DNA of 64,000 nt. Source: Vulcanimicrobiales bacterium (lineage in GTDB: Bacteria > Vulcanimicrobiota > Vulcanimicrobiia > Vulcanimicrobiales > Vulcanimicrobiaceae). The notes below the pieces were generated by a model, which worked only from the letters and a program-made list of their open reading frames with translations, was not told the origin of the DNA and made no database searches. Below, piece by piece: positions 18,630-28,504 of the stretch. The translations under genes were made by a program, and so were the position numbers. Where the stretch lies: the NCBI GenBank assembly GCA_038231455.1, contig JBBRLI010000006.1, positions 111,404-175,403 on the forward strand, read 5' to 3'. The first letter of the stretch is position 1. Every line of letters begins with the position of its first letter.

Positions 18630-19624
18630 ATGTCGCCGCGCTCGCCGCCTTGCTCATCACCTTCGGCATCGCATACGCGCTCGCGCCACTGCTGATCGAA
18701 CGGCTGCATGCGCTCAAATACGGACAGCTTGCCTACGAAGATGCGCCGAAGACGCACCTAAAGAAATCCGGCACGCCGACGATGGGCGGGTTGCTCTTCC
18801 TCATCGCGCCGCTCGTGCTGCTCGTTTTCGATCGGAGCCGTAGCGCCATCGGCCTTGCGGTGCTGGTAATCGGAATGGCGACGATCGGCTTCCTCGATGA
18901 CTACGCGTCGATCAAAGCGGGACGCAACCGCGGTTTGCGCGCGCGCGAAAAGTTTCTTGCGACCGCTGTTATTGCTGCCGCGTTTCTCTGGATCGTCGGC
19001 GGTGAAGCCTTTACCGGCGCGTGCGGTCTGCGGCCGCTGCAAGCGAGCGGCCTGTATTGGTTCGGACACGCGTGCGGACTTGCGGTGCCCCTCTGGCTCT
19101 GGTGGGCGCTCGGCATCCTTGCGATCACGGGCTCGACACACGCCGTGAATTTGACCGACGGTCTGGACGGACTCGCGGCGGGAACGATCGTGCCGCCGCT
19201 GATCGTTCTGTTTCTCTTCGCGCAGTTCTTCGCGGGTACGACGAGCGCGGCGACGCTATGTGCGGCAAGTTTGGGCGCGATCGGCGCGTTCCTGATTTTT
19301 AATCGTCACCCTGCGCGCGTCTTCATGGGCGATACCGGATCGCTCGCGCTCGGCGGCTTGCTCGCCGGGACGGCAATCGTCAGCGGGGCGACGTTGATCG
19401 TTCCCATCATCGGCGCGGTGTTCGTTGCCGAAGCACTCTCCGTTATGATACAAGTGGCATCGTTCAAAATGACCAAACGTCGCGTTTTCCGTATGAGCCC
19501 GCTTCACCATCACTTCGAACTCGGCGGCTGGCCGGAGACGAAAGTCACGCGCCGCTTCTGGACGGCATCGGTCGCCGTCTCGGCGCTCGCACTCGTCCTT
19601 GCCTTTGCGGTGAGGAGCGCATGA
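18626..19624 (+). CDS. mraY: Phospho-N-acetylmuramoyl-pentapeptide transferase
   Basis: HLKKSGTPTMGG, IGFLDDY, AVNLTDGLDGL, VFMGDTGSLALG, MSPLHHHFEL; ATG 18626 chosen for ATGA coupling. Confidence 0.96.
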   Translation: MNVAALAALLITFGIAYALAPLLIERLHALKYGQLAYEDAPKTHLKKSGTPTMGGLLFLIAPLVLLVFDRSRSAIGLAVLVIGMATIGFLDDYASIKAGRNRGLRAREKFLATAVIAAAFLWIVGGEAFTGACGLRPLQASGLYWFGHACGLAVPLWLWWALGILAITGSTHAVNLTDGLDGLAAGTIVPPLIVLFLFAQFFAGTTSAATLCAASLGAIGAFLIFNRHPARVFMGDTGSLALGGLLAGTAIVSGATLIVPIIGAVFVAEALSVMIQVASFKMTKRRVFRMSPLHHHFELGGWPETKVTRRFWTASVAVSALALVLAFAVRSA

Positions 19625-21036
19625 ACGATCGTCCAACCGGAACGTTCGATCGCGACGAGCACGTCCTGGTCATCGGTCTTGGCCGCAGCGGACGCGCGAG
19701 CGCCGAAGTGCTGCGCGAACGCGTCGGCTCGCTGATCATTACGGATGAAAAACCCGAAAGCGAGCTGCGCGAGGCAATTGCCGACCTAGCAGCGCTCGGC
19801 GTGCGTTTCTTCGCACCCGACCAACTCGGCCCCGAGCTTGCGTCGATCACCGCCGCCGTGCTCTCGCCGGGTATCCCGCTCAACGGCGAACTCGTGCGCC
19901 GAATTCAGAGCGCGGGTATCCCGGTCTTCAGCGAAGTTGAAGTGGCCTATCGCATTTGCAAAGCGCCGATCGTCGCGGTTACCGGCACCAAAGGAAAGAC
20001 GACGACGACAACGCTGATCGGCGAAATTTTCAAACGCGCCGGCAAGACCACCTTTGTCGGCGGCAATATTGGCAATGCGCTCATTCACGAGACGGCGATT
20101 GCGACGGCAAACGACTGGATCATCGCCGAGGTGAGTTCGTTCCAACTCGAAACGATTCGTTCGTTCAAACCGAAAATTTCGGCGATCACCAACCTCTCAC
20201 CCGACCATCTCGATCGCTACCACTCGATGGACGAGTACGCGGAAGCAAAGTTTCGCATCTTTGCAAATCAAGGCCCGGGCGACACGTTCGTCGGCAATTT
20301 CGATGACGAGCGCATCGCTGCGCTCCTGGCCGGCGGCGAAGACGAACGCTCGCGTATCCATACGCAAGCACGCTGGTTCGCGCGCGAACCGCACCGTGAG
20401 ACGGCGCTCTATCTGCGCAACGAGCACACGATCGTCTACGCGCCGCCGACGGGCGATCCGCGTCCGGTTGAGATCATGGACGTCGCCGAGATCCCGCTGC
20501 TCGGCAACCACAATATCGAAAACGTGATGGCCGCGATTCTCGTCGGTCTCTCCGCGGGTCTCGAGCGCGAAGCGATCGCTTCGGCCGTGCGCGACTTTCA
20601 AGCGCTCTCGCACCGGCTCGAAACCGTCGCCGATGCGGGCGGCGTACTCTACGTCGACGATTCGAAGGCCACCAATCCCGGGAGCGTGATCGCGGCGCTG
20701 CGTTCGTTCGGGCGTCCGATCGTGCTCATCGCCGGCGGCAAAGCCAAAGGCACGGACTTTGCCGAACTCGGCCGCGTCGCAAGCTCGCGCACGAAAGCCG
20801 TCGTCCTCATCGGCGAGGCGGGCCCCGAGATCGCAAAGTCGGTCAAGCGTGCGGCGGTGTCGTTTGCCGACTCGATGGCAGACGCCGTCGAGCAGGCGAT
20901 GAAGATCGCAACATCGGGCGATGTCGTGCTGCTCTCACCGGGCTGCGCGTCATTCGATATGTTCCGTTCGGCGGAAGACCGCGGCGAACAGTTCGCCGCT
21001 GCCGTGCGCGATCGCGTCGGTGTTCGTGTACCCTAG
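19621..21036 (+). CDS. murD: UDP-MurNAc-L-Ala:D-Glu ligase
   Basis: IGLGRSG, LSPGIP, VTGTKGKTTTT, EVSSFQLE, NLSPDHLDRY, DDSKATN, LLSPGCASFDMF. Confidence 0.95.
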   Translation: MNDRPTGTFDRDEHVLVIGLGRSGRASAEVLRERVGSLIITDEKPESELREAIADLAALGVRFFAPDQLGPELASITAAVLSPGIPLNGELVRRIQSAGIPVFSEVEVAYRICKAPIVAVTGTKGKTTTTTLIGEIFKRAGKTTFVGGNIGNALIHETAIATANDWIIAEVSSFQLETIRSFKPKISAITNLSPDHLDRYHSMDEYAEAKFRIFANQGPGDTFVGNFDDERIAALLAGGEDERSRIHTQARWFAREPHRETALYLRNEHTIVYAPPTGDPRPVEIMDVAEIPLLGNHNIENVMAAILVGLSAGLEREAIASAVRDFQALSHRLETVADAGGVLYVDDSKATNPGSVIAALRSFGRPIVLIAGGKAKGTDFAELGRVASSRTKAVVLIGEAGPEIAKSVKRAAVSFADSMADAVEQAMKIATSGDVVLLSPGCASFDMFRSAEDRGEQFAAAVRDRVGVRVP

Positions 21037-22192
21037 CGCGCGAGCAGGCCGGGTCGCAGGCCGAGACCGCGAGCCTGCCGCGAAGCTGCATCAAAGCGCG
21101 CTTGGGCCGCCCGATGCGCTGTTGTTCGCCGTCGTCGCGGCGCTCATCGGTATTGGTCTTGTGATGATCTACAGCGCGTCGAGTGCGACGGCGTATGCCG
21201 ATTTCCACGACACCGCGCACTATCTCAAGCGCCAATCGATGTGGCTCGTCGTCGGCCTTGTGGTGTCGTTTGCCGCGTATCGCTGCGACTACCGCAAACT
21301 CAAGGCGCTCGCGCCATTTGCCGTCGGCGTAACCGTCGTCGCGCTACTGCTCACGCTGATCCCGCACATCGGCTTTTCGGTCGGCGGCGCACGGCGCTGG
21401 CTTGGGATCGGCCCGCTCAGCTTTCAGCCCTCGGAGTTTGCGAAGCTGGCTCTCGTTCTCTATCTTGCAACGGCGCTCGGAAACTGGGGCGAGCGCGTGC
21501 GGTCGCTCTCGCGCGGTGTCTTTCCGATCATGTGCGTCGCGCTCGCGCTCGCACTTCCGATTCTCGTCGAACCCGATATGGGAACGGCCTCGCTGCTCAT
21601 CTTCACGACGTTCGTGATGCTCTTCGTTGCGGGCGCACGCGTCGAGCACATCCTCATGGTGGTCCTTGCAATGCTGCCCGCCGTTGCGATCACGATTGGT
21701 GCGAGCGCGTACAAACGCGCGCGCATCCTTGCTTTTCTCGATCCTTGGAAAGACGCGCAGAACGCCGGCTTCCACATCGTTCAATCGCTTTTGGCGCTTG
21801 GCAGCGGCGGGGCACTTGGCGTTGGTCTCGGCGCCTCGCGTCAAAAGTTTTTCTATCTGCCCGAGCAGTTCAACGACTTCATCTTTGCGATCATCGGCGA
21901 GGAACTCGGACTGCTCGGAACGATCTCGGTGGTCATTCTTTTCCTGTTGCTTGCATATCGCGCCGTGCGGATCGCCCTGAATGCGCCGGATCGTTTCGGA
22001 TTTTTCCTCACGATCGGCTGCACGTGCATCATCATCATTCAGGCCTTCATCAATATCGGGGTGGTAACGTCATCGTGGCCGGTCACCGGCGTGCCGCTCC
22101 CGTTCATTTCTGAGGGCGGGACGTCGCTCATCGTTTCGATGATCGCCGTCGCCCTCATCATCAACGTCGGCCGACACCGCTCCACCCGATGA
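21026..22192 (+). CDS. ftsW: SEDS peptidoglycan polymerase FtsW
   Basis: GLVMIYSASS, GARRWL, FQPSEFAKL, EPDMGT, YLPEQFNDFIFAIIGEELG, PVTGVPLPFISEGGTS; start approximate (GTG 21020 or 21026). Confidence 0.93.
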   Translation: MYPSARAGRVAGRDREPAAKLHQSALGPPDALLFAVVAALIGIGLVMIYSASSATAYADFHDTAHYLKRQSMWLVVGLVVSFAAYRCDYRKLKALAPFAVGVTVVALLLTLIPHIGFSVGGARRWLGIGPLSFQPSEFAKLALVLYLATALGNWGERVRSLSRGVFPIMCVALALALPILVEPDMGTASLLIFTTFVMLFVAGARVEHILMVVLAMLPAVAITIGASAYKRARILAFLDPWKDAQNAGFHIVQSLLALGSGGALGVGLGASRQKFFYLPEQFNDFIFAIIGEELGLLGTISVVILFLLLAYRAVRIALNAPDRFGFFLTIGCTCIIIIQAFINIGVVTSSWPVTGVPLPFISEGGTSLIVSMIAVALIINVGRHRSTR

Positions 22193-23352
22193 AACTGCGT
22201 GTGGCCTTTGCGGGCGGCGGAACGGGCGGCCATATCTATCCGGCGCTTGGGATCGACGATGCCATACGCGCCCAGTTCGCACCGGAGGCGTACGAGGCGG
22301 AATTTTTCGGAAACGCGGGCGGCCTCGAACGCGATCTCGTGCCGAGCTTCATCCCGCTTGCGTTCGTTCCGAGCGCGCCGTTGCAGCGCAAGTTTTCGTT
22401 CGGCACGCTACGCACGATCGCGCTGAACGCCGCAGGCGTTGTTGCAGCGATGGCACAGCTTGCGCGTTTCAAACCACTCATGGTCATCGCAACGGGTGGA
22501 TATGTCTGTTTCCCTGTCGTCGTAGCCGCGCGGATATTACGGACGTTGCGCGTCGTACGCTGTGGTATTGCGCTGCTTGAAATCAACGCGACTCCCGGCT
22601 TGACGAATCGACTGCTCGCGCCGCTGGTCGATGAAGTGTGGATCACGTATGCAGCATCGGCCGCGCTTTTCGGCAAGAAAGCGGTCCTCACCGGAACGCC
22701 TACGCGCGCGTCGCTGCGCCGGCGTCACGTCGCCTCCGAAGCGCGCGCGCGGCTTGGTTTGAGTCCGACGAAGACCACGATCGTTGCGATGGGCGGAAGC
22801 CAAGGCGCGCGCTCGATCAACGAAGCGATCGCGGCCCTTGTGACGCGCCGTAGTCTTCAATCGAATTGGCAAGTGCTGCACGTCAGCGGTGCGCGCGATT
22901 ATGCTTACATGCAGGCGGAAGAACGCGAGCTTGCCGAGGGCAACACCGTGCGGCTCGTCGAGTATCTCGCCGACCCGACCGATGCGTATGCAGCCGCCGA
23001 TGTTGTGATCGCGCGCGCGGGTGCCTCGACGCTCGCCGAACTTGCCGTGACGGGTACGCCCGCCATCCTTATCCCCTATCCGTTCGCCGCTGAGGCGCAC
23101 CAGCAGAAAAACGCCGAACTTTTTGCGGCAGCCGGTGCCGCAACGATCGTTGATGATGGCAAGCTCGATGGCGACAAACTGTGGTGGGCGCTCCTTGAGG
23201 TGCTCGCGCCGGAAGAACAGCGCACGATGCGTGCGGCGATGCGCGCGCTTGCGCCGGCGGATGCGGGAGCCGCGATTGTGAGCCGGATTCAAACCTTAAT
23301 TCCCGCGCGGGTGATCGAGAAGACCCCTTCGAACGAGACATCCCGTGGTTAA
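22189..23352 (+). CDS. murG: Lipid I GlcNAc transferase MurG
   Basis: AGGGTGGHIYP, TGGYV, PGLTNR, GGSQGA, RAGASTLAE, HQQKNA. Confidence 0.95.
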   Translation: MKLRVAFAGGGTGGHIYPALGIDDAIRAQFAPEAYEAEFFGNAGGLERDLVPSFIPLAFVPSAPLQRKFSFGTLRTIALNAAGVVAAMAQLARFKPLMVIATGGYVCFPVVVAARILRTLRVVRCGIALLEINATPGLTNRLLAPLVDEVWITYAASAALFGKKAVLTGTPTRASLRRRHVASEARARLGLSPTKTTIVAMGGSQGARSINEAIAALVTRRSLQSNWQVLHVSGARDYAYMQAEERELAEGNTVRLVEYLADPTDAYAAADVVIARAGASTLAELAVTGTPAILIPYPFAAEAHQQKNAELFAAAGAATIVDDGKLDGDKLWWALLEVLAPEEQRTMRAAMRALAPADAGAAIVSRIQTLIPARVIEKTPSNETSRG

Positions 23353-24730
23353 CGGAGGGGTCCATCTCGTCGGAATCGGCGGGATCGGCATGAGCGCGAT
23401 CGCGCGCCTGCTACTCGCAACGGGCGAGCGCGTGTACGGTTCGGATGTGCGACGCACGCCGCTAATCGAGGCGCTCGAACGCGAAGGTGCCAAGATTGCG
23501 ATCGGTCACCGCGCGGAGAACGTCGGCGACGTACGTTTACTCGTCGTCAGTTCGGCGATTCGGCCGGACAACCCGGAGTATATGGCCGCACAGCAGCGCC
23601 AGATTCCGATCGTCGTACGGGGCGAAATGCTCGCGCGGATCATCGGCCCGCGACAGACGCTCGCCATCGCCGGAACGCACGGCAAGACGACGACGACCGC
23701 CATGGCCGCCTCGATTTTTGAAGACGCCGGATTCGATCCGACGATCGCCGTCGGGGGCGAACGCATCGATACACAGAACAACGCGCGCGCCGGTGCCGGT
23801 GTGTGGTTCATCACCGAAGCCGATGAGAGCGACGGAACGTTTCTCGCGCTTTCCCCGACGATCGCCGTCGTCACGAATATCGAGAACGACCATATCGCAA
23901 ACGATACCGAGATGGCCGGACTGATCGATCAGTTCATGACGTTTCTTGGCAAAGTTCCGGAAGCGGGCTCGGCGGTCGTCGGGATCGATAACCGCCATTC
24001 CGCCGCACTTGCCGCAAAGCTGAAAGCGCCCAACGTGCGGACGTTCGCAACGCGCGATTCGGCAGCGACCTATTTTGCGCGAAACATTCGATACGATGGA
24101 CTCGGTTCGCGCTTCGAGCTTATCGAGCGCGGCGAATTGCTCGGTGAGATCGACCTGCGCGTCCCCGGCGAGATCAACGTGATGAATGCGCTTGCAGCCG
24201 CGGCCGTGTCCCGCGCGGCCGGTGTGGATTTTGCGAGTATCGCGCGCGCCCTCGCGGGTTTTGGCGGTGTGCGGCGGCGCTTTGAGGTCGTCGGACGCTC
24301 GGAGCGCATGACCGTCATCGATGATTACGCGCACCATCCGACGGCCGTCGAACAGACGATTGCCGCCGCGCGCCGGGTGACGACGGCGAAAATCGTCGTC
24401 GCATTTCAGCCGCACCGCTATACGCGCACGAAGTATCTGGCCGCTGATTTCGCGCGCGCGCTTTCCGGCGCCGACTGCGTCTATCTCGCGCCGGTCTACG
24501 CCGCGGCGGAAGATCCGATTCCCGGCGTGAGCGAACGCTCGATCGGCGATCCGCTTGCAGCGGCTGGGACCGATGTTCGGTACGTCGAGGATGTCGAAGC
24601 CCTTATTCCGACGTTGAGGGCCGAAGCGCCGTCGGGCGCACTCGTACTCATGCTCGGCGCCGGTTCGATTTCGAACGTCGCACACCGACTCGGTGAGGCG
24701 ATCGATGCGCCGCGAGCCGTGGCTCCGTGA
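23345..24730 (+). CDS. murC: UDP-MurNAc:L-Ala ligase
   Basis: HLVGIGGIGMSAIA, AGTHGKTTTT, EADESDG, GVRRRFE, DDYAHHPT, FQPHRYTRT. Confidence 0.96.
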   Translation: MVNGGVHLVGIGGIGMSAIARLLLATGERVYGSDVRRTPLIEALEREGAKIAIGHRAENVGDVRLLVVSSAIRPDNPEYMAAQQRQIPIVVRGEMLARIIGPRQTLAIAGTHGKTTTTAMAASIFEDAGFDPTIAVGGERIDTQNNARAGAGVWFITEADESDGTFLALSPTIAVVTNIENDHIANDTEMAGLIDQFMTFLGKVPEAGSAVVGIDNRHSAALAAKLKAPNVRTFATRDSAATYFARNIRYDGLGSRFELIERGELLGEIDLRVPGEINVMNALAAAAVSRAAGVDFASIARALAGFGGVRRRFEVVGRSERMTVIDDYAHHPTAVEQTIAAARRVTTAKIVVAFQPHRYTRTKYLAADFARALSGADCVYLAPVYAAAEDPIPGVSERSIGDPLAAAGTDVRYVEDVEALIPTLRAEAPSGALVLMLGAGSISNVAHRLGEAIDAPRAVAP

Positions 24731-25683
24731 CCGCTGCAACGACGGCAAACCCGAGCGTGCTCGAGCCGCGCGACCGCGACGAACTCCGCGCGTACTTCGG
24801 CGATCGCGCGCGATTCGACGAACCGCTCGCAGCCTACACCTGGTGGAAAATCGGCGGCCCTGCCGATGCCTACATCAGCGTTGAAACCAGCGACGATCTC
24901 GCGTTCGTCATGCGCCTATGCCTGCGTCGTCGGCTGCCGTGGTTCGTGCTCGGAAACGGTTCGAACGTGCTCGTCGGCGACGGTGGGATGCGGGGTCTGG
25001 TCTTGCGACTAGGCGGCGACTTTGGCGCGATCGATTTTGCGGACGGCGATGACGCCAAGGTCGTCGTGACCGCCGGTGCATCCGCCTCGTTGCCGCAGCT
25101 CGTCGCGCAAGCGGCCTCGCGCGGCGCGATCGGCATCGATGGACTCGCGGGCGTGCCCGGCACGGTTGGCGGCTCGCTCTTCATGAACGCCGGGACGGAT
25201 CGCGAGATCGGCGAGTTCGTGCGCGAAGTGCACGTGCATACGCTCAATAAACCCGACGCACATCCGGTGAGCGTGCAGTATTACTACCGCCACACCACGC
25301 TCGAACGCGACGCGATCGTCTCGCGCGTGGTGCTCGCCTTCGATCGCGGCGAGGTCGCGGAGGTTCGCGAGCGTCTACAAGACCGGCTGATCCGCCGCAA
25401 GGCCACGCAGCCGCTGCAGTGGCCCAATGCCGGGTCGTGTTTTCGAAATCCGGCAGGCGATAAGGCCGGGCGGCTCATTGAGGCCGTCGGGGCAAAGGGC
25501 TGGCGCGTCGGTGGGTCGGAAGTCTCCGGTGTGCACGCCAACTTCATCGTCAACACCGGTGGCGCTTCGGCCTTGGATGTGACCACGCTCCTCGCGCGCG
25601 TGCGCCGCGCCGTCGGCGATAAGTTCGGCATCGACTTACAACTCGAAGTGCATCTTGTCGGAGAATTCGTTGCCGAAACGTAA
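24727..25683 (+). CDS. murB: UDP-N-acetylenolpyruvoylglucosamine reductase
   Basis: YTWWKIGGPAD, LGNGSNVL, PGTVGGSLFMNAG, TQP, NAGSCFRNP, HANFIVN. Confidence 0.94.
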   Translation: MTAATTANPSVLEPRDRDELRAYFGDRARFDEPLAAYTWWKIGGPADAYISVETSDDLAFVMRLCLRRRLPWFVLGNGSNVLVGDGGMRGLVLRLGGDFGAIDFADGDDAKVVVTAGASASLPQLVAQAASRGAIGIDGLAGVPGTVGGSLFMNAGTDREIGEFVREVHVHTLNKPDAHPVSVQYYYRHTTLERDAIVSRVVLAFDRGEVAEVRERLQDRLIRRKATQPLQWPNAGSCFRNPAGDKAGRLIEAVGAKGWRVGGSEVSGVHANFIVNTGGASALDVTTLLARVRRAVGDKFGIDLQLEVHLVGEFVAET

Positions 25684-26602
25684 GATCGCCGTCGTCATGG
25701 GCGGTCCGAGTGCCGAACGTGAAGTCTCGATCGCAACGGGGAACGGCGTTATGCGCGCGCTCGATAAACTCGGGTACGATGCGCGTTCGCTCGACTTCGA
25801 TGCGCGCTTCATCGAAGCGCTGCGCGAACTCGAACCCGATGTCGTCTTTAACGCGTTGCACGGCAAAGGCGGCGAAGACGGTCAACTGCAAGGCATCCTC
25901 GAGTGGATGGGACTTGCCTACACCGGCAGTGACCTTGCGGGCTGCGCCCTTGCAATGGACAAGCACAACACCAAGAAGTTACTCGCCGCCGAAGGTCTGC
26001 CGACGCCGGCTTGGGACACCTATGACTTGCGCGGCGGTACGCTGCCGTTGCTGCCGGGTTCGCTGAATTTGCCGCTCGTCGTAAAACCGCGCGCGGATGG
26101 ATCGAGCGTCGGCGTTACGATGGTGAAGACGCACGAACAGTGGACGGCCGCGATGATCGGCGCTGCCGCGCGCACGAACGACGTGCTCGCGGAAGAATAT
26201 ATTCCGGGCCGCGAATTCTCGTGCGGGATTTTGGGCGAAGAAGCGCTGCCGGTCGTCGAGATTGCCGCGAGCGACGAGTTTTATACGTACGACGCAAAAT
26301 ACAAGCCCGGCGGCAGCCGCCATTACGTTCCCGCGCCGATCGATCCGGATCTCGCATCGCGCTTGCAGATGCTCGCGCTCTCGGTGCATCGCCTCATCGG
26401 CCTGCGTGACTATTCACGCACCGATTTCATCGTGACCAAAGAAGGCCGCCCGTATATTTTGGAGATCAACGCACTGCCGGGCCTGACGCCCTCGAGCCTC
26501 TTGCCCGATGAGTGCAACGCGATCGGCATTTCATACGAAGCGCTCATCGATCGCCTCGTCGGATATGCCGACGGCCGGAGAAGCATCGCGCTAACGACCT
26601 AA
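25670..26602 (+). CDS. ddl: D-Ala-D-Ala ligase
   Basis: GGPSAEREVS, LHGKGGEDG, MDK, VVKPRADGSSVG, FYTYDAKY, EINALPGLT; TTG 25670 follows GGAG (alternative 25655). Confidence 0.95.
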   Translation: MPKRKIAVVMGGPSAEREVSIATGNGVMRALDKLGYDARSLDFDARFIEALRELEPDVVFNALHGKGGEDGQLQGILEWMGLAYTGSDLAGCALAMDKHNTKKLLAAEGLPTPAWDTYDLRGGTLPLLPGSLNLPLVVKPRADGSSVGVTMVKTHEQWTAAMIGAAARTNDVLAEEYIPGREFSCGILGEEALPVVEIAASDEFYTYDAKYKPGGSRHYVPAPIDPDLASRLQMLALSVHRLIGLRDYSRTDFIVTKEGRPYILEINALPGLTPSSLLPDECNAIGISYEALIDRLVGYADGRRSIALTT

Positions 26603-26603
26603 T

Positions 26604-27173
26604 GTGATTTTCAAGATCGCGGCTTTCGTCATCCCGCTTGGATTCGATACGCTGGCGGTTGCAATTGCGTTGGGTCTGCGGCGGGTGCCGCCGCTTCGCC
26701 CTGCGATTGCGTTCGCATTTTTCGAGGCATTCATGCCGCTCGTCGGATTGATCCTGGGGTATTTCGTTGGGGCACGATTCGAATCGATCGCAACAATCGC
26801 CGGCGGCGTCGTGCTGCTCGGGGTCGCCGCGTATGTGTTCAAAGAGTTTCTTGATGATGACGATGAGTCCGAAGCGATGTCGTTTGACTCGGTCCGGGGA
26901 GCGATGCTCGCCGGGGTTGGCATTTCGCTCGACGAGCTTGCGATCGGTTTCCCCATGGGCACGATCGGCGTTCCGATCGCACTCACGCTGGCGGCGATCG
27001 CCGCCCAAGCGTTCACGGTTACGTTCATCGGTATTGCGATCGGGAAGAAAATCGGTGAGGCCTTCGGTAAGCGTGCCGGCAAAATCGCAACGCTGGCCGC
27101 AGCGGTATGCTTCGGGGCGCTTGGTGCGTATCTCATCGCGCAGCGGATCGTCCCGGGTTTGCCGCAGATCTAA
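26604..27173 (+). CDS. mntP: MntP family manganese efflux protein
   Basis: LGFDTLAVAIALG, FEAFMPLVG, ISLDELAIG duplicated motifs; hydrophobic, with acidic DDDDES loop. Confidence 0.75.
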   Translation: MIFKIAAFVIPLGFDTLAVAIALGLRRVPPLRPAIAFAFFEAFMPLVGLILGYFVGARFESIATIAGGVVLLGVAAYVFKEFLDDDDESEAMSFDSVRGAMLAGVGISLDELAIGFPMGTIGVPIALTLAAIAAQAFTVTFIGIAIGKKIGEAFGKRAGKIATLAAAVCFGALGAYLIAQRIVPGLPQI

Positions 27174-27277
27174 CCGGCGAGCGGCGGATACACTGTCCGA
27201 GCCGCCTGCTTCAATTGGCAGGCAGGGTAGCTGAAATTGGATGGATTCCCTACCGGGCACCGAATTTTCCGCACGTT

Positions 27278-28504
27278 ATGCCAGGTACAATCGTCGATCG
27301 TGGTCTTGAAGGCGTCATCGTTGGAAATACGGAGCTCTCGAACGTCGAGGGTATCGAGGGTCGCCTCACCTATCGCGGGTTCGATATTCACGATCTCGCC
27401 CCGAGCGCCAGCTTCGAAGAAGTCGCCTATTTGCTGCTCTTCGGTCAGCTGCCGAACAAGTTCCAACTCGAAGATCTCAAAGTGCGCCTGGCGGCCAACC
27501 GCATGTTGCCGCAACCGCTGATCGATATGATGCACGCAATTCCGAAGTCGGCCTGGCCGATGGACGTTCTGCGCTCGATGATCTCCTCGATCGCGCACTT
27601 CGTTCCGCATCTCGAAGACGGTTCGCACGCCTCCAACCCGCGTCAGGCCATTCACCTAATCGCGAAGACGCCGACGATCGTCGCTGCTTGGGATCGTATC
27701 CGTCGCGGACTCGAGCCGATCGAACCGCGTCTCGAGCTCTCGACCGCCGCGAACTTCCTCTACATGCGCACGGGTGAAGTGCCGCTGAAGGCCGCCGAGC
27801 GCGCGCTCGACACGTATTTCGTGCTGCTTGCCGATCACTCGTACAACGCCTCGACCTTCGCAGCGCGCGTGTGTGCCTCGACCCGTGCTGACATTTTTGC
27901 CGCTGCAACCAGTGCCGTCGCAACGCTCGAAGGCGATCTGCACGGTGGTGCGCCGGGCAAAGTGATGAGCATGCTTCTCGAAATCGGCAAGCCCGAACGT
28001 GCTGAAATCTACGTGCGCGATTTGCTCGCGCGCGGCGAGAAAATCATGGGCATGGGCCACCGCGAGTACAAAATTCGTGACCCCCGTGCGCAGCATCTCG
28101 AAGTGATGGCCAAGGCCCTTGGAGAGGCGACCGATCCGCGCTGGTTCGAAATCGCGCGTGCACTCGAAGATGCCTCGAATAAAGTGCTGCAAGAAGTCAA
28201 ACCGGGCCGCCGCATTTACGCAAACGTCGAATTCTACACCGCGCCGACACTCTTTAGCCTGGGCATCCCGGCCGATGAATTCACGTGTATGTTTGCCTGC
28301 GGCCGCATGGCGGGCTGGACGGCCCACATCCTCGAACAACTTGGCGACAACCGCCTGATCCGTCCCCAAGCAACGTACGTCGGCCCGCCGCTCATGCCGT
28401 GGGTTCCGATCGAAAACCGCGGCCGCTCGACCTTTACCGGCACGCCGGCCTCGGTCGGTGCGGGCAACGGAAATGGCCATGCGAAAGCCGAGGTCGCGTC
28501 CTGA
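27278..28504 (+). CDS. Citrate synthase / methylcitrate synthase family (CitA-like, NVEFY type)
   Basis: GLEGV, GRLTYRG, DHSYNASTF, LHGGA, MGMGHREYKIRDPR, YANVEFY, RMAGWTAH, RLIRP. Confidence 0.92.
   Translation: MPGTIVDRGLEGVIVGNTELSNVEGIEGRLTYRGFDIHDLAPSASFEEVAYLLLFGQLPNKFQLEDLKVRLAANRMLPQPLIDMMHAIPKSAWPMDVLRSMISSIAHFVPHLEDGSHASNPRQAIHLIAKTPTIVAAWDRIRRGLEPIEPRLELSTAANFLYMRTGEVPLKAAERALDTYFVLLADHSYNASTFAARVCASTRADIFAAATSAVATLEGDLHGGAPGKVMSMLLEIGKPERAEIYVRDLLARGEKIMGMGHREYKIRDPRAQHLEVMAKALGEATDPRWFEIARALEDASNKVLQEVKPGRRIYANVEFYTAPTLFSLGIPADEFTCMFACGRMAGWTAHILEQLGDNRLIRPQATYVGPPLMPWVPIENRGRSTFTGTPASVGAGNGNGHAKAEVAS

Noticed and set aside
28213-28240. Citrate synthase catalytic Asp replaced by Glu (NVEFY instead of NVDFY)
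   Set aside because: The NVEF variant is, as I recall, typical of the CitA/citrate synthase 2 subfamily, so it is not evidence of inactivation or novelty
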